This document shows, piece after piece, positions 37,940 through 52,743 of a stretch of 64,000 nt of DNA. This DNA comes from Tubiluchus corallicola (taxonomy: Eukaryota; Animalia; Priapulida). The stretch spans positions 9,326 through 73,325 of the forward strand of contig JAQGDQ010000981.1 of NCBI GenBank assembly GCA_030141605.1. The letters run 5' to 3'. Numbering within the stretch: the stretch's first letter is position 1; every line of letters starts with the position of its first letter. Below the pieces are notes generated by a model. It saw only the letters and a list, made by a program, of their open reading frames with translations. It was not told the origin of the DNA and did no database searches. The translations under genes and the position numbers were made by a program.

Positions 37940-40806
37940 TAGTTATATATTTTTGCAAATCACTTCATATTGCTACAAAGTGTCACAATTACTGGCAATC
38001 GAATACGTAGTGCTACTTTAATCTATAGCTATTATTAGCTAAAGAAGTTGAAAAAACCGCCAGTATCGCCGACCTTTCAGTTACCTCTATTTATAGGTTT
38101 TAGCGCATCACTGCCAAAAATCACATAATCCAAACGTTGGACGTACATTCAAAGTATTTGCACTGTCTAATTCTTCTGTCGGGTGTTCATAGTCTGATGG
38201 CACTTTGCATTAGCAAATGACTATATTTCCGCTGCTAAAACACTGGCATCACACTCCTTTTTCTGTTTCCTCTCACAGCATATGTACTGAGATGTACTTA
38301 TCTAAGAACCGAATTAGGCAGCCAAACATGAGTGAAAAATGAATCGTTTTTGTATTCAGTACTAAACTCTCTTCAAACTACGTAGTGACCGTTAAGTCTT
38401 TCAGTTGCCCAGTTGAATTTCTTGGACTAATATATAGCTCATCACTTCAAAGAGGTGATTTAATGACATTGAAGTTAGTGGGTAATTTTGCAAATTTATT
38501 TGGCCAGGCTATCGAATTTGGATTTGCGTAATGATTATCACATGTAACCAACGGTGGTAGATTTAGCAATTATCATCAGGCAGTTTGCTGTCTATAGCAC
38601 ATTTGTAATGAGTTTCCTGCAAAAGTTATTCTAGTTAGTTAATGGAAAGGTTTACTTTACGATCGCATAAAAGAGTTAACGGCTGCTGCAAAAATTTTAA
38701 ATTGAAATGCAATATCAGCATGCATTCTCTTGTAATGGAAGCTCATATTGCCAAGCCTCCATGCGTATTATGAAAGTCAAGTTCAGACGTCCGTTGAAGC
38801 TTAAAAGGTCTTAAAAATCCCATGAGTCAAAGGAATTTAATTTTCAGAATATCACTGGAGGTACGGGAATTTCGATAGAATGCGTTACTTAGACCGACTC
38901 TATACGTTTGTTCCATTTTTGCGCTCAAGTTTCACATTCCTTTTTGTTGCAAGCAATAGTGTTCAGAAATTAGTTAGTATTTTGCAGCGCTGCAAAAACT
39001 GGTGTTTGGTCTAATTTATTTTAGTATGTTTAGTATGGCAACTTAACTAGAGCGGGTGAGAAATCACCTTCTTCTAATTGTTTCCTCACAATATTTTACT
39101 TTTAATTTGAAATCACTGTACACATAAGTATATTTTAAGCCATTTTTACAATACGCAGCTTGATTTATGCCAGTACTCAAAATCATTATTTACATCATGT
39201 AAACGGTACTGATAGCTAAGGATCTAAATGTCACATTTATCACACTCTATGACTTAGAGCGCACAAGTAACATGAATGATCAGTTAATGGAAGTAAAATT
39301 GCACTCACAGAATCACAATTTACATTGAAGCAAGTACGGCCGACATAGGACTGTCAGAACACTGTGTATAGGTGAAAAATAAACATAGGTAATGACATTT
39401 GCTTTTATTGCAACATAAACAATGGTTATGGTCAATAGGATAAATGAATAAAGTAACTTGCATTTTATCGCACCCTGCTACTTTTTCCACCTACTTCTTA
39501 CAGAGAGCTAGAGTAATAACTAGATTGTGCCTCCTCGCAGAGTACGGTAACGGTGAATTTATGACTGTTCAAGCAGTGTCCAGAAAACATGAACTTGATA
39601 ATTTTAGTAAAACTTGAGAAACCTATTGACCAGTAAAAATTCACATGTTCGATCAGTTTGTTTAATGTTCTACCGCTTACTCTACTCTGACTGGAATACC
39701 AAATTTTTTATTTGTTTGCGTCAACGGAAATACATTATTTACAACGGGCAATTTGACAAAGTTCGCAAAACAAATACACCCGATCTATTATTATGTAAAG
39801 AGACAGTTATGTGCACGGTTAACCTTCACCTTTACAGTTTTAGAGAAAGAATCACTACTGACGCTTTAATTTAGTACGTTAATTATTTTGTATTCTGCCT
39901 TTTTATTTCTATTTAATTAATTTTGTAATTGTTACTGCGCTCACCCTAAATGCAAAGAGGCCTACGGTTTTTACGGTTCGCTTGGTTCTATGAATGAGCC
40001 GAATGGGCGAAACAGTGGCAATACGACAAAGTAAACGTTTTAATTGTTTTATGGAAGTATTCAAGTTCCATGGATTAGTGTAAGAAGCTTTGAATAATTG
40101 CTTTCCACTTTTCACTGTATATAGGTCCTTAGTATATTTTTAGCATTAAATTTAGTGTTACACGATGCAGTTTCCACTATTCTGTAAAACTGCCTCCAAA
40201 TGATCTTCCTGGGCTATAATTTGGCAATCCCAATTTTTTTCAGCAGGAAATTTTATTGATATTTGACAAAGTTCGTAAAATGTCATTCGTTTGCCGAAAC
40301 CTCCTTTTTTGATAATGTTTGTCATACTGCAAGTCATAATCCAACTCGCAGAGACAAGGCTTTTTAATACAATCGATTGGTTATGGTGGGATCGGAGTCT
40401 AGCTCACCACCAAAGGCAGTTCTAGAGCAACACGCTGAATTGCCACACAGAGGTAAACAGTCACGTTCAGATGTGAATGTAACGAAGTCGATGGTACTTA
40501 ATTTCGTGGTCTCTGACCATGACGGTTACTTCCCGACTACAATTTTATTAAATTCGTGAGATTTTGACATTCGTGAGTGTCAGATTTTCTGCAACAACCT
40601 AAAGTAAAGCGGGATAAATAAAACAAATAAGAACGGGTATACCAAATAAGTTGTGAAAACAGAATTTTGCATATCAGTCTGCAATACGCCATATAAATAA
40701 ACATGTGTTTTACAGATATCTTCCCCAAAAATTACCACGTGGTTATCCAATTTACCTTACACCACATAATTGTCTGTCAAAGCGAGTTGAATTTTATACT
40801 ACTTAC

Positions 40807-40960
40807 CAATAACGTAAGAAAATCCATCCAGTCGAACAACACATTTGTTTCTCTGCCAAGTTGTCATGTCTAAAGTCTTGCCAGGCATCTCGCTTTTTTT
40901 AATTTGTTTATTTGCAACTTTTTTCTTTGAATCACTGCCACTGTCAGCGTAGTTTTCCAT
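40807..40960 (-). CDS. PDE1: PDE1 first coding exon of the long isoform (MENYADSGSDSKKKVANKQIKKSEMPGKTLDMTTWQRNKCVVRLDGFSYVI)
   Basis: ATG at 40960 has an in-frame TGA two codons upstream and a candidate acceptor (catacag) at 40975. Strong phase-1 donor G|GTAAGT. Splicing to 17359 yields LDGFSYVIVAN, resembling vertebrate PDE1C long-form IDGYSFTIVAN (recalled, not searched). Confidence 0.8.
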
Positions 40961-42472
40961 GTCTCACGTAGGCCCTGTATGAACAAGGTCTAAAAACGAA
41001 AGCCCAGGGACCTATTTGTTAAGCGCATTGCGGTTTAACCGTTTTAATACAGTTGTGAAAGCAACCAAATATCCACATTTTGTAGTACACACTGGCTGCT
41101 ATTTACCGTGCAAGTAAACGAACGATTGTTCTACACTTTCGATAACAATGATTCGGTGACATTATGTTACCCCTACGTACACATTTAGTGTTTAAAGCAC
41201 GTCAGCCTCATAATAGAAACACGAAAATATTCACGATTAACGAGGCAAACATTCTTGCCTGCTCTGTTACTCTGGTTTTCGTTTTCACATGCTTGAATAT
41301 AACTACAGTATTGTAACTTCATTCCGGAATGTGGCGAAGGGCTGAGATTCAGCCCACGGGTAACGCAACACTCGCAAAACAATTTAGATTTTTAGAGCAT
41401 CTTTGTCGGAAAGCCTCAAGTTGAAAAACATGATTGCTGACATTTTAGAAGCCAGCGTAATTGCGTTACAGTTATCCGTTAGAAACATGACCGAAATTCT
41501 GTAAAATAACGTTGACCTGCGTTTGAGTCTTTCAACACTGTAAGTGAGCTGTAATAGTGATGAGTCGATGTTCCTAACGCCAAATACAACAAACAACAAA
41601 CTAGATAAAGTTATTCTAAATATGATTTTTACATAGACGTTGGCTGTAACTTCAAGTCAACGATGAGTTATGAAATTTCGTACAAACAACCATCGAGGCA
41701 TAAGGACACGTGTATGCAATTACTGAGTAGGATAACCACGAAATTTAATATGATACAAATCGCTATTTAAATTTCATAAAATCGGCATAAGAATGAAAAA
41801 GGAATGAAATATTTTGCACAAATGTATGCGTTTTTTTAAAATCACGGCAATTTAGCCATCATATATACTTTGTGCTTGATACAGTTAAATTATTAAGTTT
41901 AGAATGCACTAATAGTATAGAGAGTACAGGCTTAGAGAGTATAGGCTTGTATCCGATCTGATTATTTGCATTTTATCTGGATACAAGGCCTACTGCAGGG
42001 TTTAGAAATGCCAGGTTCCTCCAGCATAGAAGCCGCATTGTAACAAATAAAGCTGGTGAAAGTGTAAGCTAATATCTCCATTCAGCTTACCACGCGACCT
42101 TAATTAGCAACAGAACAGAGAATAAAACCGCAATGCAAACGTGGTAGCGTGCCTTTTATGCCGTATTTTGGTCTCATGAAACTCAAGTTTAGTTCGTGCA
42201 AAGTGCAAGCGCGTATAAACTAATAAGTTTGACGTTATAAAAGGAAATGATGTAAAATTTATGACATTTAATACATAATATTTCGAAATTTTGCGCAGAT
42301 CAAGTTATTGAGCGCCGTTTGGAAGTGGGAAATCAACAGTAACGTGCCACAATCAATTTTGACTTTTGTAGTCGAGCGGCTTTATCGTATTTACAGTACC
42401 AGCTCATGTTGCATTTTTGATTGCAATGCAAATATGCAGTGGAAGCTTTACGAATCACCAAAGTCGTAATTA

Positions 42473-42571
42473 GTTGTTGTTGTTGTTGTTGTTGTTGTGT
42501 TGCTCTTGCTGTTGCTGCTACGGTTGCTGTTGCTATTGTTGATGCTGCTATCGCTGCTGCTGTTGCTGTTG
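42473..42571. repeat. (TTG)n/(GCT)n trinucleotide repeat
   Basis: Seen directly. Confidence 0.9.
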
Positions 42572-45341
42572 CGAGTGATAGTGGTGAACACTACTACGAT
42601 ATCCTCAAATTGTAAATACCCTTGTAATACTGGCAAACTACAGTTTTTTTAAAAACTTAGTTGTTAAAAGGTTTTAGGATGAAATGAAAACTCATGTCTA
42701 GATAAACGCACAGGATACTAAAATGTCACCTGTAGCCAAAGTCAAGTTGACAAAAGATTAACGTGCAAAATTAAAAGTATGAAGATAAAACGCCCAAGTA
42801 TGTCTGTTAACTGGCCTGTGTTATGACAGGCTGCAATGTATATATTGGTAGAGAACCGAACAGGCCGAACAGCTGTTTTTTAGTTTCTGCCTTCCCCAAA
42901 TCCATCAGTTAGTTAATAAAGTCCTTTCCAAGTCAGGCAATGCAAAATCATGCTATATTTAATCAACTGCAATTTGCAATCTGCAATATTTATGCAATCT
43001 GGTATGAAGCTGAAGTCAAATTGGCAGAAGTGACCCACAGCTCGATATGCAATTTTGTAAAACCGTATAAAAGATGATATGGTAAAATTTTAATACATTA
43101 ATTTTGTACACTTTGTTGATGATGTAAAAATGGATGAAAAGGTTTTTTTGTTTTGAGAAAACAACCAGGACTTCAATAGTGTTACTGTGCCTGGTCTTTG
43201 CTACAAAGTGTTAATGTGGAAAAGGCCCACAAAGCATATTGATCATCTCTCAGTAGAAGATAGTGGTGACTGAAAGAGAGAACGCAGTCATTCTGGAATG
43301 CGAATTAGTGCTTGAGCTTTAGGCGTATAGGTGGAAGTTTAGGGCTGACAAACTTATTTAAAATTTGCAGATAAGAAGATTTGTTGCAGTAGCTTTGCCA
43401 AGAGCTCAAGTTAATACTTTGCCAGTGTTTCATATTCTTGAAAGCATACATATACATGTATTACATAGAGCAGAATTGACATCTAACACAATGTCAATCA
43501 TTTTCATTGACTGCGCAATCAGCGTGCAAGTTATTTCACACACACCTGCAGCAGGTACGTTTGGGATATTTTGCTACAACTCCGTCTAGCGGGATAAATA
43601 TTGGCCTTGTTCTAGATTTTATTATTGTCCATCGAAATTGCAAGTAAATTAGTGTAAATATATAGTCTAGTTTCGTTTATAGGAAGAAATACACAATGCT
43701 TACGTCCATGAGTTGATGATTAAACCATTTTGCAATCAAGAAAATACTCAGTTTAGAGTTTAGTTTAGTTTGGCAAGTAGATAACTGGTTTTGCAAGTTA
43801 GATAAAAACAACTATTTGATTAACTTTAAATAAAGACAAAACAAAATGTTTTCTTTTCTGGCCAGTTTTTATAAACCTCAATGAGAACTTCACAGTCAAA
43901 ATTAATTCAAACGTGGTCAAAACTTATATTATACAGCAATGTAATATTAGCTAATTTTACGCAATTTTTCTGGTTATAATCAAGGTTAAAAGATACCATT
44001 GGGACTTATGTGATTCGGGCATGCAATATAAGGGTCGTCTATGGAATGGAACGGTCAAATTTATGCCACTTCCGTAACCTAACAAACGGAAAAATACAAA
44101 AACTTAATGAATCTTGCAGACGCACGATCAATTAATATAGAAAAATACATCGCAGGCTTGATGTTCGTATGTTTAAAGGCAAGAGAAACAATATTTTTGT
44201 CGCTCATTTAATATAAAGGATGAAACTTCGTCTCTATATTCTGTTTAAATTTTTTGGCTACTTGAAGTGTTAATTTCGTGTTAAAATAGCTGCTGCTCTG
44301 CAAATTTGTGTTTATAAAACGAGCAATCAGTTTATCTGCTGATTAGACATTAGTTGTGACTGTCATGTTGTTTAGTTTAGTTTAGCTTAGACAGTTTTTG
44401 TCTTGCGTGAGCTGTTGTCCCGAATGCTGGTGAGCGTGTTTACGATAGACCAATACGTTTGATTGTCAATTGTCAATGTCAATTGTCACTAATGCCCTTT
44501 GAATAAAATTATTTCATTTTATGTATCTTTCTTATGTACGTATGTATATATACCCCAGTGTATGTTTGATTTGTTACTATATATACTTATTATTATTTAT
44601 TCAGGTGATTGAGTACCTGGGAAGATTAGCACTATTACACATACTTAGTTATGGATAGGTCTTCTAGGTTATTAGTTACGTTGTGCCACCTCTAATAGCT
44701 GGTGCACAGATCAATGAATTTGTATTTGAAAAATTTCAGTTTCTTGTAAAAATTTTCACCTGTGAGCACAGTACTGCAAAAATAGATAGTGGAGAGATTC
44801 AATTGACACAAGTCTTTTTCATTTACTACATGTCCCTGAATTATGCTGCAAATCCGTGCAATCCAATGATAGTGTCGAAGGATTAGCATTTAGCAGCCAG
44901 TATAAAATTCAATTAACTGAGATTTTTTCTGAGCAGGAAATGAATATGCACTAAGGATCTTACCGCGCGTGACGGCTGCAGAGTCTCACTTAATTAAATC
45001 AAATCTCGTCGATCCTATGAGAAGAAAACGCAAACTATATCATATTCTGCGCTTGCTTAAAAGGGCAGCTGCCGCCAATTTATTCATTAAAATAGCTGAT
45101 CATTTAACATAGCTTGCCAATTAAATCATGAATCTTCGATAAAGGGCTTTATAAATCAGCCTGCAACTGACACGTGCATTCAATACGTCACCTTAAAATG
45201 TTCAGACATTGATAAATGCATCGAATTACCGCTAGTGTAGGAGATTACAGAGAGAAACACTGTATGCATGCAATGGATGGGGAGGTAGGAAGGGGTATGA
45301 GAGGAAAAGAGCATGAGGATGAGGGGATCCTTGCCCAGAGT

Positions 45342-45347
45342 GAGAGA

Positions 45348-45430
<83 letters not shown>
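45342..45430. repeat. (GA)n microsatellite
   Basis: Near-perfect run. Confidence 0.99.
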
Positions 45431-45432
<2 letters not shown>

Positions 45433-45906
45433 TATTTGGAAGACTTAGTGCCTGAAACGAATCCAAATAGATCACGAAATTTTATCTGTGTAGTTAAAGT
45501 TTATCTATGTGATCAAAGTTAGGTATATTATCTTGACTACCGAAATGCCAAAGGTCAGTTTTTAAACCATTTTTTAAATTATAAACTAATTTTCAATTCA
45601 GTTATAAACCGTCACATGTAAAACTTGGACGCAAGTTCAAAATGCTTTAATCCTCTGCAGTTAATCTTTGCTTGGAGAATAAGTGTATATTTAGGAACAC
45701 CACATAGTCGTTGAAATTTCGACTTCATGGGACTTGGCTCTTTTTATCTCGCAAAATTTAGGCAATCACAATAGAATCCTTCACGCTCATAAGCATGAAC
45801 CACACACTTCACCAATAGGTTTTATCGCATTAAAATTCGAACGTTAATTTCGCTCAGACCAAACCTCATAAAGGAATGACGCTAGATGTCAAATAACTTT
45901 TGATAA

Positions 45907-46826
45907 GGGAGACAGGCCATTTGGGAGCGGCTTCTTGGCGCGAGACATTTGGACACCATTGCTGACGTACACTGTTAATGCGCTGCTGTGTATATGACTC
46001 AATCACTGTGCTGCGCCATAAATAACCGCTGTCCAACAAGTTTAAATTATAGGAATCCTCTTTCCATAGCCACTAGATAACCTTTAAAAATCTAAAGTTT
46101 TCGTAAGGAAAGAAATAATTATTTTCGTGAATATTATCGTGTAATAAAAACAGGAAACAACTGTAACTCTAGCGTGTGTAAAAACACTGTTGTTGAACGC
46201 GTAATTATCAAGCATTTTGGAAGAGATACGTCAAAAAAGTACAATAATTACTCCTAATCTTGATAATGATAATCATATTAACATGAAGCAGTAATCTGGC
46301 TAATTATTCGATCTGGTTGTTTTTCAGTTGACAGCTAATATGAAAGCAATTGCACAATGCAATTTACGTCGGTTTCGTCTAATTATACCACTCACTCAAA
46401 TTGACATAATGAGTAGCTGAATTGCTGTATTAGTTGTACTGACGCTAAATTTTAATGAGCATAATTTTTGTAACTCACATTTCTGTTTATTTATTATTTT
46501 TGTATTGCTTTTTGAAACAAAGTGTTGTCATATTTAAAAAAATAATCAAAAATTCCTCTGCTTTGTTCATTTTAAAAATCACACGCGTTACTAAAAGTGG
46601 AAACTTGAACATGCAGTGTCACTGACTGATTTTAAAAATATTTACTGCACATGTTTAATTTGCGATTTTAAAAATATGGACAGAGTTAGGAATTTAAACT
46701 ACTGAATCCTTAAAAATTAAAAAACAAAAATAAAAAACCAGGTGCAACTGTAAGTTTTATTGATGCCCAAAAGTCTCGTGCCCAAGTTTCTCCGTGTCCA
46801 AATGTCACGTGCCCAAATGTCAAGTC
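45907..46826. mobile_element. MITE-like element with roughly 15-bp tandem subterminal repeats in inverted orientation
   Basis: Left end has CATTTGGGAGCG…GAGACATTTGGACAC. Right end has four copies of GTGCCCAAATGTC-like units (46764-46821). TSD not resolved. Confidence 0.6.
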
Positions 46827-49800
46827 GAGAGGCCTCTTATTAGAACGAAAATAACTAATTCTGGCAAACTATCTAATTTTTCTACCATTGTAGAAAAGTT
46901 TGGTTCCGGCATGAATTTTATTGGATTATGACTGGTGCTATTATCGCCAATGTCGTTTGGTTGCTGTTGTTGTTGTCTTCATTTCGGTTGTAGGTGGAGT
47001 CGCTATAAGCTGTTGTTGAAAGATTTAATTACCGCAGGTTGAATTACACTGTACTGTAATGGCGTTTCAGTTGCAACTTAAGAAGTTTCGTGTTCTTAAA
47101 TAGAGCGCTTATACCCAGTAAAACAAAGCGTTATTAGCAAGACTAACGACTTTTGTTAAAGCCGGAAGTTTAAGACGTTAGCAGGAAGTCAAAGCCGCTT
47201 TCAGAAAAGGTAAAAGTTAAAGCGGTTACAGCGAGACAAAGATTTTCAACGATGAAGAGGCTTTGCTGAACTCCACTGGGGTATGTTGCTTTATTAGTAG
47301 GCAAAAGGGCATTCACGGATACTGGAAAACTGGAAAACCTAAGTGAATCTTTACTATTAGCAAAGTTTCTTAACATTACAGGAAACCTTTCTGGAGAAAG
47401 TCTTTTTTGGCACTTTGGGCACAGTTTGAAATAACCCCGTAATGAATTATGGGAAGACACTTTCTATGCCGAACAGACTTATGACTAAAAAACAAGCAAA
47501 CATCAATGAACGCTTTTATGATCGCCTGAAATCATAAATATCGCTGGTCAATTTGCCAGGTTCAGAGACAAAATACATTTGGTAGTGATAGGTTCTCTCG
47601 TTATTTTATTCTAATTTTGAACTAATATGCTCCATTTTAAGCTTTTTAAAGAGGTACCATCAGCAATTTAGAAGTGATCGCGGGTCATTGACGTTAATAG
47701 CCAAGAACTTTAATATATGAAAGTGCTCTTATATAAATTCAAAATTAAGCCATTATAAAATTTAAATATTATTTAACGATGACGGAACGCAAAGCTATCA
47801 TTTTTCACGAAATTTAAATGGGAATTATTGCGAAGGCAGGCCATTAAATAAAACAGTAGTTTTACCAACGCATTGATTATGCAATGCAAACACGCCTGCC
47901 ACGTTTACAAAGAAATTTACTTATGATGAAGATTCGAACGAAATTCGAACTGTTATGGTTGCGAAAGATTTATTATACCGTTAAATCTGAGATTCTCTAG
48001 TTTGACATAGGTCGTAAAACCAAGATTGGAACTTCCTTAACACATTTAATTAAGATGATCAAGTGACAAAGCACCCGTAATGTCGTATTCCTATAAATTA
48101 GAGAGGTAAATGCATTATGCAAAATGGCAAACGCTGTTGACGTACATGAATTGTACTCTGGAGAGCTCATATATGTGTGAGGTGACATTGAAGAAAGCAA
48201 GCGTATTAATGACTTTGAAAGGCATAATTATTCGTCAGTAGTTTCTTAAAAATTGGAAGGTTTATAAGTCGTTTATTGCTGCTTGGTTGAAAAAGTTTTT
48301 ATAAAAACTCAAAAGAGGCGAATGTAAGGCACCCCAGAAAACTAAACTTTAAGCTAAAATAGCAAAATCAAACTGTGAAAAATAAAACCACGTCTGAATA
48401 CGGAGTCTTAATATCAATGTAATCCACATTTCGTCTAAATCCAGGTAATTTCAAAATAGGTATCGTGAGTCGTATATTTTTGGACTTGGAAAAGCTTTTT
48501 CATGTCCTTGTTGTTGTTCTCACATTTATTCCTATCTTTAAAAGCCATCGCAGGCCACAGCCTTCGTTGCAGCGGGCTGAAATTCTGCAGGAAGGCACGA
48601 CGGAGCATTGCATAATTCGTAACAGAGCACGATTTTTCACTTTCTCAATATTGTCCTTAAAATATGCCCATCTAAATTTTTACGAAAAAACTCAGATCCG
48701 TCACAATACTTCTTATACGCGGTAGTACTTCTTATGAAAACCATTAGCTTTACAAAAAATGAGCATGTAGAACGTGCCGGACCGAAACACATTAGTAGTT
48801 ACATTCCAGTTACACGAAAGTTCTCATTACGGTATTTGAGTGAGCAAAGTTGACGCGTTAATACCTCGGTGGTCAGATGAAATACAAATACATAAATCAA
48901 GTCGATTTTGTTGCGTTATTCGGTCCAATAAAGCTATCATATGTGACTTGTGCGTGTTTGAAATGCACATGACACAATAACTGAGAACCTATTTACGACT
49001 TCCTATTGCCGTGTGTTGGAAATAGATTATTCAATACGTATCACAAACATGACATGTGAAACGACGCACGCATATTTGAACTTGCACAATAAATGTAGTC
49101 ATTTTTTACGGATGCAAATATCGAAAGGTCACATCGTTATCTTTGGTTTTTATTACAGTGATAGTGATACAGTGAATGTAATTTGACTGAGGCATGACAA
49201 TAAAAGCCCTAATGTTGTCACGCAGATGAATGCATTTCTGTATAGGCATGTATAACATTCTATTACTTATTACTGACAATCCAATAAGCTGAGACTAACA
49301 TTACGATTAGTGAATGAAACATCTGTTCATTTTTAAACCTTATAATATTATCATAGCTGCTGGAGATAAGATAACGGTCAATTCAGTAACTGGGTTTGAT
49401 AGTAAACCCGATTTTTCTGCATGTTAATAATTTTTAGGTAGTGTACATCTTGGCACCAAGATGGGAACCCACGAGGCATCAAATTGGGCATTTTTACCGT
49501 TTAGCTTTTCAAAATTTTATTTTGGGAAATATTAAAAAACTGATTTTTAATGAAAATTGGAAATCAAATAGAATCTTTGAAATTTTTTTAGAGAACAATT
49601 GAGCTATTTCTAGTAACTGCATAAAAATGTAGGATAATCGAAAACGAACGTTTTTGCTTCTGATAACACCAGAAAAGAAATCCCGTCAAGATTGTTGTTC
49701 ACTTTTTAACTGTAAAGCACTTTTAACACAATTCAGTGAAATTAGCAACCATTACAATGAAAATAGAGAAACAGTCATCACGGCAAAACTACCAGCATTG

Positions 49801-52743
49801 CAAAGCGCCATCTGCTGACAACTTCATTAAATTTTAATAGACTCATAATTTCAACAATTAAGCTTTTGAACATTTCACATAGATACTGGTACTAATAAAT
49901 TTCGCACACACTTAAAACAAGTTCTTTCAGTCACTGATAAATTACTGGAACACGACAGTATCGGTTGCCGCATATCAGGTTTGAGAAAATTAATTATTGT
50001 TCGGGAAAATTTTAACGTCGAAACAGACACGTGCGACATACCAACAAAACACTGATAAGAAAATCCCGATGGCTGCCTATACGCAACATAGCTGGGCACA
50101 TCCATACGCGTGCATTATGTCAATACACATATACCAGGCTTGGCTAATCAATGAACCTGTCATTTTCTTTCACCTGATGATTAGTCAGCACTCAATCGAG
50201 CTTAGAATAGACCTGCATCTGATAGTTCAGGCCTAATCCTGAGAGATACTACAGAGGAGTTAAATGGTGAACGTGCGTGTTTCGATAGAAAGCGAATCTG
50301 TTAATAGAGGAACGGATGTATGTGCCTGCTTTAAAATGAATGTTTTGAAAGCGCTAAGATGAAAATGTACAACTATATGACAACCCAATAAAATGTCGAT
50401 CATGACATCAAGAATGAGTTTAACCACGATGATGGCCGCTGACATTAAGAGATGATGATGATGATAATTACTGCTTTCAATAATAAATAGCAGAGTTTTT
50501 TTAGCTCTGTATCTGTAGTTTATACTCTGAAGCAGTTACTTTTTAATTATTTGGTACAAAATATCTTTCAATTGGCGCATTTGTGTGGTAGTTTACTTGT
50601 TTGATTTTAATTTGGCGTGCTTTTGGCAAATCACTTATAGTGGTTGGTGGCATAGTTTCTAGCATTGCCCTTTTAATGAACTGGCTGGCACGAATTAGGT
50701 CTAAATGAATAAGGCATTTCGTAGGACGCTGAAGGGATCCAGCAGTTATATTCAAGTATTCAATGCTATGCAAACTTATCAGTTTATTTTTTATCTGTCT
50801 ATGTTTCTGTTCTAAAGACTTACATTTTTTTTCTGTGCAACATCTTGCCGAAATGTAATAGTTCGAATGTCGTTCACATTTTATATTTTTTGCCAGTTGA
50901 TCTGACAAAGAATTAAACGACATCTAATTGACTTATAATTATTTCTTGTCGACGCTGACAACTTGCGATTTCCTCAGAGTGATAATGTTGCCCAATGAAC
51001 TGATTTCGACGCTGTTCTTCCCACTTCACTTCATCAAGAATCATTAGTATTTTCCACGTACACAATTCATGAAAAATTCCTTCAGCTGATTGTGCAATTT
51101 CAGTTTTTGTAGCACAAATCAAATGTTCATTTGAAAGAAGATGTTTGGCAATTGAAATATCCAAAGTAGAATTATGGGAATTCGCGTGTTATTAGAGTTT
51201 ATAGTCCAATACACACAATGCACAAGCTATAACTATAAATTCTTTTGCCATAAAGTTTTATGGTCGCTATTTGATGATAACCAAAGCTGATCTTATAATG
51301 TTATGGGAAAGAGTGTTTTTAACTTTGTATGAAGTCGTTCAAAATTGAGAAAGATTTTATGTGGTATGTCAGATGTTTTGAATGCTCAAAATGTAAAATG
51401 GCATAGCGATTGTAATTGTATATTTTGGGCACAACGTACTTTTGTGTGTTTGTCAGGCAACCATTGTTCCCCTATTTGGTTCCTTTCAGAATCGAGAGTT
51501 CGTGTTTCTTTTGGTCGGATTAAAGACTAGTATGTTGCTTCTGTTTCAATATGTAGCGTTGCCACTTTCCTTGTGATTTGATTTTCCTAACATGTTGTGC
51601 TACAAGGCTTTGTCTAGACTTGAAAGGAGCTGAATATATAAAAAACGCGCGTCGCTTAGGCTTGTCACCCAGTAGAACAGGATATAGCGAAATTATGTGT
51701 TGAAAAGTTGGCTAATCATCAGACGAAAAATGCTAGGTAGCTTACTGTCACGCATGATGACGGTCCCTGCAGTTATTTTGACTATGGTTTCCCCAACGAA
51801 GTATCTGTCCGTCCACTTTTTCTTGGCCCAGGAGTATTGCCCCAAACAGGTCGATAACTTTCGAATTAGTGTTCCAGCTGTCCGTTCATTCCCCATTTTG
51901 TCTCGGCCCACGGAGTAATCATGCAGAGGTAGGACACCTTTCAAGCTCAGAACCAACTATATAATAATCAGTCCCGTCTGTCGCCACTCTATGAGTTCTG
52001 AAGCAATCTAGAAAGTTGATACCTTGCGTAATGGTAGGGCATTATTCAAATTCGGAGACTATAAATTTTGGGGTCAGTTGGCACAGATTTCATTTTTTAC
52101 AAATCGCGTATAACAAAATTCTGTAACTAATACGCCACCGTTCAGGTGACAGCTAAGTGATTTATGATTCATTAGGCCGGGTATCAGATAACAACAATCA
52201 CTAACATACATTTCGCGGTTGTCTCTATTTACATTATTTAATTTAAACCCGCAGGATAATGACGTGGCCTGTGATTTTTTACAGCCTTCAAGAATGTCTG
52301 TGTCAGAATTTAGATATTTACTCAAAGTTTTAAACCCGTTGTCTCGGACACGTTTAAAGTTTTGTTTATTAAAAATCGACCTTCCTGCTTTGTGTATATA
52401 AAAATCGTATCCTAACATTAACCATATGCTCCACATGGCAGTAGTTACGTTTTCACAGAAATTTTACATCATTTAATTGTCAATGCAGAAATTACATCTT
52501 TGAGGAAGTATCAAAAGTATGTCGATGTCTTTGGGCAGGTCTGTCTCCCTGCTGCTGTCTAGTTGCTATTCTGATAATCTTGTAGGTGTTCCATGTAAAG
52601 AACATCACGAAGTGTTGGAAAACTTCTAAATTGCTAACATGCCATGTGGAACGAACACACACAAAGCACTTACGACTCTTATATGAGGCTTACATCACAC
52701 GCCCTCTCATCACTGCATTGCTGTTCCTCATCAAGGCTCTAAA

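Noticed and set aside
50543-51956. Cluster of minus-strand ORFs possibly forming a decayed transposase or RTE LINE end
   Set aside because: Only faint motif resemblance across frameshifts. It cannot be supported without a translated search (TBLASTX or HMMER against Dfam).
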